From Deltaproteobacteria bacterium (lineage in GTDB: Bacteria > Desulfobacterota > Desulfarculia > Adiutricales > Adiutricaceae): DNA of 53,606 bases. The notes under the pieces were generated by a model, which was not told the origin of the DNA, did no database searches, and saw nothing but the letters and a program-made list of their open reading frames with translations. The translations under genes and the position numbers were made by a program. The stretch lies in the NCBI GenBank assembly GCA_031278835.1, contig JAITJP010000028.1, positions 1-53,606 on the forward strand, read 5' to 3'. Below, in pieces: positions 46,732-53,606 of the stretch (positions are counted from its first letter, which is position 1; each line of letters begins with the position of its first letter).

Positions 46732-49317
46732 ATGGTCGCTTTATCAGCCAATCGGGGATGGTTTGAGATTGAGATTGAAGGCGGGCCCGAGTTCGGCGTC
46801 TACGCCTTTAAGGGCCGAGAAAAGTTAAACGAGCCCTTTGAATTTCAGGTGGAACTGGTCACCAAGGAGGCCAATATCGACCTGGTTAGACTGATGGGCC
46901 GTCAGGCTCTCTTGAGCGTGTTCGATCATAGCGGGCAAAAGCGCTTGATTAACGGCCAGATCCGAGAAGCCTTTCAACTGCACACCTCCACCACCTTTAC
47001 CCACTATATGATTATCATTGTGCCTAGACTTTGGTTTTTGGGCCAAAATCGAGAGCACCGGGTCTTTCAACATCTATCCGTTCCCAAAATCATTGAACAA
47101 ATCTTAAAAGAACAAAATTTTATCCACGAATCATACTCATTTAAGTTAAAAGAAAGTTATCCAGAACTGGAATACCGGGTCCAATACGGAGAAAGTGATT
47201 TGTATTTTATTAGCCGGCTATGCGAGGAGGAGGGTATTTACTTTTTCTTTGAGCACGCCCAGGGCTGGCAAACGGTTTGTTTTTCAGACGCCTCGGGCGG
47301 GGCCAATATTTCAGGCGAAAGCGATTTGCGCTTTTTTCCTGGCTCGGGGCAGCAGGCCGAAACGGCCGTAACTAGGCGCTTAAACCTTCACCAAAGGGTT
47401 AATAGCGATCTGGCCACTTACCGGGAGTGGAATTTTGACAAGCCCTCCCTTCACCTGGAAGTCTCCTCAAGTGAGCCGGATCAAGATAAGGCCCCGGCTC
47501 CGGGCGGCCTTAGCTTGGAGACTTATCAATACCCCCATCTCTACGATCTAAGCGATCCCGGCCATCGTTACGCCAAAATTCAGATGGGCCGTCAATTAAC
47601 CTTTAGCCGCTGGGTTGAGGGCGAAGGCGACGTTGCCCGCTGGCTGCCTGGTTTTGCCTTTAAGCTCCACGATCACCCCCGCTCTGAGGCCAATTGCCAG
47701 TGGTGGTTAACCGAGGTGGAACACCAAGGTGAGCAGCCCCAGGTCTTGGAGGGCGAGGCCCCGGACCGGGGTTTTCGCTACCAAAGCCGTTTCGTGGCCA
47801 TCCCCTTTGAGAGGCGTTTTATTCCCCAAATCCAACATCCCAAAGTTCGTATCGATGGCCTGCAATCGGCCATCGTCACCGGCCCGGCCGGCGAAGAAGT
47901 TTACGCCGACCAATACGGCCGGGTCAAAGTTATTTTTCACTGGGATCGTTTGGGCCCCAAAAACGAGCGCAGCAGCTTGTGGGTTAGGGTGGCCGATCAA
48001 TGGGCTGGACGAAATTTTGGCTTCATTCAAATACCCAGAATTGGCCAAGAAGTCTTGGTCGAGTTCATGGAAGGCGATCCCGATCGACCGGTCATAACCG
48101 GCCGAGTTTATAACGCCGAAAACCGGCCCCCCTGGAACCTGCCGGATCAAAAAAGCCTCTCGGGCCTTCAAAGCCGCGAGTTTATGGGCGGCCAGCGTAA
48201 CCAACTGGTTTTGGACGATACCCAAGGTCAAGTCCAGGCCCAGCTCTCCAGTGACCACCTGCTTTCCCAACTTAACCTGGGCTATTTGACCCGAATTAAT
48301 CACCTGGAAGGGCGCCAAGATTTTAGGGGCGAGGGTTTTGAACTTAGAACCGATGGCTGGGGAGTAATCCGGGCGGCTAGGGGCCTAATCCTGACCACCG
48401 ACGCCAGAGGCCGGGCCGGAGAACACCACAAAGACGCCTTTGAGGCCATCAATAACCTGCGGGCCGCCGCTGAGCAACAAAAAAATCAGGCCGAACTGGC
48501 CGAAGTTCATAACGCCAGAGACTATGGGCCGGAAGTTAAACCCCTGACCGATTCACTAACCAGTCAAGCCGAACAATTGGCCGGTCCCGGTCCGGCTCAC
48601 CAGGAACTGACCAGCCCCCAATTGGTCCTTTCCAGCCCGGCCGGTTTGGCCCTAACCACCCCGGAGAGCGCCCATATACACACCGGCAATAACCTGGCCC
48701 TAACCTCCGAGCGGCAAGTTTCCATTGCCAGTAACCGCGGTTTTTTTGTCACGGCTTTACAAAAAGTCAGTTTATTTGCCCACCGGCTGGGCCTAAAACT
48801 ATTCGCCGCCGCGGGTAAGGTGGAAATCCAAGCCCAAAGCGATAGCCTGGAAATGATTGCCGACAAAGTCATAAAAATCATCAGCGCCAAGGATAAAATC
48901 CACCTTTCCTCGCCCAAGGAAATTATCCTCACGGCCAACGGCAGCTACCTCAAAATCGATTCCTCTGGAATTGAATCCGGCACCAACGGCAAGTTTACGG
49001 CCCAGGCCTCGGCCCACAACTTTGTCGGCCCGGCTACCAAAGAAACCTTAACGGTGACCTGGCGAAAGGCCGATCCCCTGGTTACCCCCCGGGTGGTGGT
49101 GCGAGATCCCCTGGGTCATTTGATTGACGTCCCCCGCGAGGCTAAAAATAATTCCTCCGAGATAGACGGCCAGGCCACCGAACACCTCTTGCAACTCTTC
49201 CAAGACGATGGCCCCGAAGCCGAACTGACCGTGGTCGAGGGCAAGAATCGCCGGGAAATAATCGTCGATGGCTTTAACATAAAGCTGACCAAAGACAAGG
49301 CCACCAAAGACGATTAA
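46732..49317 (+). CDS. vgrG: T6SS spike protein VgrG with a ~100-aa C-terminal extension
   Basis: gp27-like N-terminus. gp5 OB motif GQEVLVEFMEGDPDRPVITGRVYN. Beta-helix repeats. The non-repeat tail begins at TWRKADPLVTPRVVV... . GGAGGG RBS. Confidence 0.95.
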   Translation: MVALSANRGWFEIEIEGGPEFGVYAFKGREKLNEPFEFQVELVTKEANIDLVRLMGRQALLSVFDHSGQKRLINGQIREAFQLHTSTTFTHYMIIIVPRLWFLGQNREHRVFQHLSVPKIIEQILKEQNFIHESYSFKLKESYPELEYRVQYGESDLYFISRLCEEEGIYFFFEHAQGWQTVCFSDASGGANISGESDLRFFPGSGQQAETAVTRRLNLHQRVNSDLATYREWNFDKPSLHLEVSSSEPDQDKAPAPGGLSLETYQYPHLYDLSDPGHRYAKIQMGRQLTFSRWVEGEGDVARWLPGFAFKLHDHPRSEANCQWWLTEVEHQGEQPQVLEGEAPDRGFRYQSRFVAIPFERRFIPQIQHPKVRIDGLQSAIVTGPAGEEVYADQYGRVKVIFHWDRLGPKNERSSLWVRVADQWAGRNFGFIQIPRIGQEVLVEFMEGDPDRPVITGRVYNAENRPPWNLPDQKSLSGLQSREFMGGQRNQLVLDDTQGQVQAQLSSDHLLSQLNLGYLTRINHLEGRQDFRGEGFELRTDGWGVIRAARGLILTTDARGRAGEHHKDAFEAINNLRAAAEQQKNQAELAEVHNARDYGPEVKPLTDSLTSQAEQLAGPGPAHQELTSPQLVLSSPAGLALTTPESAHIHTGNNLALTSERQVSIASNRGFFVTALQKVSLFAHRLGLKLFAAAGKVEIQAQSDSLEMIADKVIKIISAKDKIHLSSPKEIILTANGSYLKIDSSGIESGTNGKFTAQASAHNFVGPATKETLTVTWRKADPLVTPRVVVRDPLGHLIDVPREAKNNSSEIDGQATEHLLQLFQDDGPEAELTVVEGKNRREIIVDGFNIKLTKDKATKDD

Positions 49318-49356
49318 GGCTTTTGCCTAAAGCCGAAGCCAACCAAAAAAAGGTGG

Positions 49357-49467
49357 CCAAAAAGGTGGCTTGACCAGCCAAGCCAATCGACCAGTCTCAA
49401 AGTTAAGGCCGCCAAAAAGGTGGCTTGGCCGGGCCAAGTCAATCGACCAGTTTCAAAGTCAAGGCCG
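49357..49467. repeat. Two tandem copies of a 55-56-bp unit between vgrG and the downstream gene
   Basis: Units lie at 49357-49411 and 49412-49467 (ccaaaaaggtggcttgaccagccaagccaatcgaccagtctcaaagttaaggccg). A partial ccaaaaaaaggtgg lies just upstream at about 49343. Confidence 0.9.
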
Positions 49468-49519
49468 CTAAAAAAAATCCTCGCCAAAACCCACTAATAG
49501 AGCGAAAACAGAGAACATC

Positions 49520-52500
49520 ATGGGTAACGAGCCAATTCAAGATTCGAATTTTTATATAAACCTATGGGCCATCAAAGGGGTGATTCTATTTCCCGCTTTG
49601 GGAACCCCGGCCATCATTGAACCCAATGGTCAGTTGACCGTATACCTGGCCATGCAAAAACGGGCCTTTGATCGGCACACCAAGAATAATGGGGCCAGTA
49701 GTCCTGGGGCCCCGGTACCCATTGAGCTGGCCAGCTATTTCTATTTCCAGACCATGATTACCCCTTGGACCGATCGCGGTCGGGATTACGTTAATTACAA
49801 AAAATACTCCGATGAATTGGCCACGGAAGCGGCCGCTTCCAAGCGTTTTTACACCAGCTTTGAAAAAGCTCACCAGATGTTTAAACAAAAAAAATTCGGT
49901 GGCTTTTACGTCGGAGAATTTCAAAAGGATCAAGAATTCTTGGCCCAATATTACCCCTTGGAAGGCGACCTTAAACCGCAAGGTCCTTTTGGGGTGATCC
50001 ACAAAGAAGCCGTTAACATGTATCTTGACGGCCAATTAACCGAAACCGAGCCCAAAAAAGCCGCTGAGCCCCCCAGCGCTAAGGACCAGGAGGAGCCCGG
50101 GGTGCCGCCCGAAAATCTGGGCTATCGTTACGTTTTTCAGTTCACGGTCAAGGATTCTCCAAAACTGGCCCATCAAGGTTTATATGAGCTCATGTATTTA
50201 TACATAAATTACGCTCATTACTTTAAAGCCATAATTAATCGGCAAAAAAATGATCACTGGGTTTTGAAAAAATTTGGAGACATACACGATCATTATTTGA
50301 CCAATCCTGGCGATGATCTGGTTTCAAAGGTGATTATTAACGATCTAGAGGTCAAGACCAAGCAAATCAAGTCTGAGTCTAAAATCGTCAACACTTTTGA
50401 GTTTGAGCGCTGGCCTTACATGGAACCGGAAAAAATGAAACTGGTCAAGATTTACGATTCCGATCCCACTTTGGTCATGACTCAGGGCCAAAAAAATTTG
50501 GCCGGAAAACCAGACCAGGATAGAGGCGGGGGTGAAAAATCTTTGCACTATCTGTCCGATAAAAACGGCTGGTTCGTTCTTTCCAAGCACCCGGTTTACA
50601 TAACTGAAAAAAATTATCTTGACCTGGGCGTGGTCTCGGATCTCCATCTTTCCTCCAGGCAGGCCAGCTACAAACTTGTGGCCCCTCAGGTAATCCATGG
50701 GGTTATGGAACAAGATTCGCCCTATCTTGGAGCCCTATGTAACCAAGCCCTGGAAACGGCCCAGAGCCTGATGAAATCCATTGGCCAGGAAAGCGACCTC
50801 CTAATCGTGGCCGGCGACGCCTTTGACGTTCTTAGAAACCTGGATCCCAAAGTGGTGGAATCGAAAACCCTGGCCCTAAGACAAGCCGAGAGCCAAAGGG
50901 CGGCGGCCAACCCAGACCAAGTGCCTAGCCCAGAACCACCTGGGCCAGGTGATTCTGGGCCAAGCGGTTCTGGCTCAGCCCAGACCCCTAAAGCTGGCCA
51001 AGACCCAGACAAGCCCCCGCGGGAAATAAAATTGAGTACGGCCGAACTGTGGGAGCATCTGGATTTTAAAAAATATGAAGGCCAGGGGCCCAATTACCCA
51101 TTTTATATCGACGCCTTGATGTTTATGGCTTTGATATTTGACTATTACACCATCTCGAAAAAACCGGTTTTTTATCTAACCGGCAACCACGAGGCTTATG
51201 AGGTGCCCTACGGTATTTCGCCCAGACCAATGTTTATGAACAATAACATTATCGTCTTTCGGCCCAACGCCGGCATCCCCTCAGACCAAAATTTAACCTT
51301 TTATGAAGCCGCTTTATTGTTTGGCAAAAAATACAGCTTCATTGGCCGAATCGCCAATTTTAAAAAGGAAAATTTGGCTTGGGCTTACCGCTGGATTACG
51401 CCTTGGAAAGATTGCTTGGTAAATTCCGGTAAAAATCAAAACATGTTACTGATGGGCTGGGACGATGATGAAAATTATTTATTGTCAGCCCTGGCCGGAG
51501 GCGATTCTCTGCCCAGGGCCGGTTCGGCCATTACCGACCATCAGCTAAGCTTACTTAAGCGCATGACCGGCCAGGCTGACAAATTTAACCTAATGGCCTC
51601 CCATTTCACCTACGCTAATTTTGACCTGGAAAGCCCCTTGCATAGGCAAGATCGGCTCCGCTCCGGCTCTTGGATTTTACCCCTAAGAAAATCCGACACC
51701 GGCTCATTTGAGGAAAACCGCACGGCCGTGTATTCGGAACTGACCGGGGGGCGGGTTAAGCTGACCATCTCGGGTCATTCCCACCGAGGCGGCGCCTATA
51801 CCTGCTCCGGCGCTGGCCAGATCGATGGCTTGCGCCTTAATGGTTCGGCTGGAGCGGCTGGAGCGGGACGATCTGAAGGTTCGGAAGGTTCGGGAGATTC
51901 GGGCGGATTGGGCGGAGCCGAGGGGGACCAAGGGGTCAGCCTTACCCCGAGCGGGCGGGGACTAAAATCAGTCAATCCCCAAGAGCAGTTCCCGGGTTCG
52001 GTGGCTTGTCTGGTCTCAGGCTCGGCCGGGCTTTACTCGTATCAAAATCTCACCAATGGTGAGCTCTCGGACGTCGATAAACCCCAGGGCATGATTATAA
52101 AATGCGGCCTGTCCGGGGAGCTGGAAAGAGTTCACTACGTGCGAAACGAGAATTGTCCCAAACCGCGCCTGGCCGTGCGCTGCGATTACTTATGGTACGA
52201 AAATGGCATAGAAATGTTTTATCATGGTGATGAGGTTAAGGGTGACATAGTCGCTGAAGAAAAAAAGAAAGATTTAGAGCCTCAATACATGTTTTATTTA
52301 AACCCAGAGTGGCTTCGCTATCTAAATAATGGTAAAAGCGAGGAAAACCAAGCCCTGCCCATAGCTTACTTTCACCTCTACTGTATCAACAGAAAAAATT
52401 ACGAAACTTTTTCAACCAAAGCCCTAGCTCTTGAGATCGAGTCAGACGAGCCCACTTATCCGCTTGGCAAACATCGTAAAGTCCCGGCCTATAAACTGAC

Positions 52501-52777
52501 CAGTGGGCCGCAAGAAGTTATCAACGTCATGGGTAGGCGCTCTTTACTGGGCGATTTTGATGAGCAAACGGCTATTTTGTACTTTATATCGGTTCATTTT
52601 AATGAAAGCCACCCCATCGGCCAGCACTATGATCTTAAATCGCCTTGGTGTTACCCGGTGAATGTCACTTATGACCGAAAGATCATTACCAGAAAATTTG
52701 GCCGCGATGGTGAGTTGCCGCTATACTCGGAATTAAAGAAAATTCCCGAATATAACCCGACCGAAGGCAAAGAGTAA
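49520..52777 (+). CDS. Large VgrG-adjacent protein with a calcineurin-like metallophosphoesterase motif set; candidate T6SS effector
   Basis: DxH in VVSDLHLS (nt 50639-50647). GDxxD in VAGDAFD (50813-50827). GNHE in YLTGNHEAY (51182-51193). GHxH in TISGHSHRGG (51773-51784). No signal peptide. Low-complexity P/S/G linkers. Same strand as vgrG and 202 nt downstream of it. Confidence 0.7.
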   Translation: MGNEPIQDSNFYINLWAIKGVILFPALGTPAIIEPNGQLTVYLAMQKRAFDRHTKNNGASSPGAPVPIELASYFYFQTMITPWTDRGRDYVNYKKYSDELATEAAASKRFYTSFEKAHQMFKQKKFGGFYVGEFQKDQEFLAQYYPLEGDLKPQGPFGVIHKEAVNMYLDGQLTETEPKKAAEPPSAKDQEEPGVPPENLGYRYVFQFTVKDSPKLAHQGLYELMYLYINYAHYFKAIINRQKNDHWVLKKFGDIHDHYLTNPGDDLVSKVIINDLEVKTKQIKSESKIVNTFEFERWPYMEPEKMKLVKIYDSDPTLVMTQGQKNLAGKPDQDRGGGEKSLHYLSDKNGWFVLSKHPVYITEKNYLDLGVVSDLHLSSRQASYKLVAPQVIHGVMEQDSPYLGALCNQALETAQSLMKSIGQESDLLIVAGDAFDVLRNLDPKVVESKTLALRQAESQRAAANPDQVPSPEPPGPGDSGPSGSGSAQTPKAGQDPDKPPREIKLSTAELWEHLDFKKYEGQGPNYPFYIDALMFMALIFDYYTISKKPVFYLTGNHEAYEVPYGISPRPMFMNNNIIVFRPNAGIPSDQNLTFYEAALLFGKKYSFIGRIANFKKENLAWAYRWITPWKDCLVNSGKNQNMLLMGWDDDENYLLSALAGGDSLPRAGSAITDHQLSLLKRMTGQADKFNLMASHFTYANFDLESPLHRQDRLRSGSWILPLRKSDTGSFEENRTAVYSELTGGRVKLTISGHSHRGGAYTCSGAGQIDGLRLNGSAGAAGAGRSEGSEGSGDSGGLGGAEGDQGVSLTPSGRGLKSVNPQEQFPGSVACLVSGSAGLYSYQNLTNGELSDVDKPQGMIIKCGLSGELERVHYVRNENCPKPRLAVRCDYLWYENGIEMFYHGDEVKGDIVAEEKKKDLEPQYMFYLNPEWLRYLNNGKSEENQALPIAYFHLYCINRKNYETFSTKALALEIESDEPTYPLGKHRKVPAYKLTSGPQEVINVMGRRSLLGDFDEQTAILYFISVHFNESHPIGQHYDLKSPWCYPVNVTYDRKIITRKFGRDGELPLYSELKKIPEYNPTEGKE

Positions 52778-52968
52778 AAAAAATATTGATTGAGTTGATA
52801 AGATTTTTTCAAGGCGCTTGGTGGAGTTTTTGGAATCAAGGCGCCTGGTGAAGTTTCTTAGAATTTACTGGGCTTTTAGGCGGCTAAGCTGATTGATTCG
52901 ATTCATTTAATTGATTCGGTAAAAATTTGGTAAACCAAAAAACAGTCCCAATCACCGGAGGACGCTTC

Positions 52969-53606
52969 ATGGCCCTAAGCACAGATTTGATAACCGTAAA
53001 CATCACCGCGGCCGCCATGGCCGCCAACCCGGCCGGCTTGAGCGGAAAACAAATCACTTGCGACATAGATGGCGATTTTGTTTTAGAAAACGCCGTCATT
53101 AAAAGGGCCAGTTTCAACAATTCAAAAATCTGGCGCTCCACCATCAGAAACGTCACCTTTGAGAACTGTTCCTTTACTCGGACCCAGTTCATGAGCACCA
53201 CCTTTGAAAACGTCATATTTAAGGGCGGAAGCGTTAGCTATAGACCCGGTTCTCGCTACGATGATGACGAGGCCAGTTTTGAGGACGTCAGGTTCATAAA
53301 CGTGGTCATGGACGGGGTTTCTTTACACGAGGCTTATTTCCAGGTGACCAGCCGGGGCAATAATTTAACCCTTAAAAACTTAACTAACGTTAGAAACAAA
53401 TACGTGTCTTTTTATATTGGCAATTCAAAGTTGATCATCGACAACTGTAAGGCCAATAACGAATTGTTCGCCGTCCTAAGCGGCGAGCGGACCACGGTTT
53501 ATGTCAACAATTGTGAATTTACCAAGTACTCCGGCATTGGCGGAAACTGTAAGTCTTTGTTTATTAACAATTCGAAATTTTTACGTTTTTCTTATATTGG
53601 CGGCGG
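52969..53606 (+). CDS. Pentapeptide-repeat / beta-helix protein, 3' end outside the window
   Basis: This ORF is not in the track because it has no stop in the window. ATG at 52969 follows GGAG (52957-60). My translation is MALSTDLITV...VLENA VIKRA SFNNS KIWRS TIRNV TFENC SFTRT QFMST TFENV IFKGG. It has 5-residue periodicity, then about 22-residue N/C-rich repeats. Confidence 0.7.
   Translation, partial: MALSTDLITVNITAAAMAANPAGLSGKQITCDIDGDFVLENAVIKRASFNNSKIWRSTIRNVTFENCSFTRTQFMSTTFENVIFKGGSVSYRPGSRYDDDEASFEDVRFINVVMDGVSLHEAYFQVTSRGNNLTLKNLTNVRNKYVSFYIGNSKLIIDNCKANNELFAVLSGERTTVYVNNCEFTKYSGIGGNCKSLFINNSKFLRFSYIGG

Noticed and set aside
52884-53216. 110-aa ORF on the - strand listed in the track
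   Set aside because: It is antisense to a longer + strand frame that has an RBS, an ATG and clear pentapeptide periodicity. The antisense product has no features.

Overview
The window is a Gram-negative chromosomal segment, about 50% GC and visibly rich in GGCC. Its gene content is tentatively Desulfobacterota-like (cobA-hemD fusion, AICARFT-only purH); this is only a guess. It has three parts.

(1) 1-7.5 kb is an accessory-looking stretch. It holds a GyrI-like protein, an ORF-free AT-rich region of about 1.9 kb, two paralogous TetR regulators (one with a ~380-aa C-terminal extension that I cannot assign) and an orphan radical-SAM enzyme.

(2) 7.5-23 kb is a housekeeping block: metY on the + strand, then lgt, a purH-like AICARFT, lptD, folC, a uvrD/pcrA-like helicase, cobA-hemD, hemC, an FmdB zinc-ribbon protein and an HTH/HATPase_c_4 regulator on the - strand.

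(3) 24-53.6 kb is a complete, co-directional type VI secretion system. It encodes tssA, tssBC, tssEFG, clpV, the FHA protein tagH, tssJKLM, PAAR, the PP2C phosphatase pppA, the Ser/Thr kinase ppkA, an unknown gene, hcp and vgrG. Next comes a 1085-aa VgrG-adjacent protein with calcineurin-like metallophosphoesterase motifs. A pentapeptide-repeat beta-helix gene that runs off the window end follows it.

The most interesting items are:
- the metallophosphoesterase candidate effector together with its pentapeptide-repeat neighbour;
- long tandem repeats (51, 51 and 55-56 bp) placed directly upstream of tssB, vgrG and the candidate effector;
- an uncharacterised gene between ppkA and hcp;
- the oversized TetR;
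- the ORF-free region.

All functional calls come from reading motifs in the supplied translations. No searches were run. Start codons were adjusted by eye using ATG and Shine-Dalgarno context.
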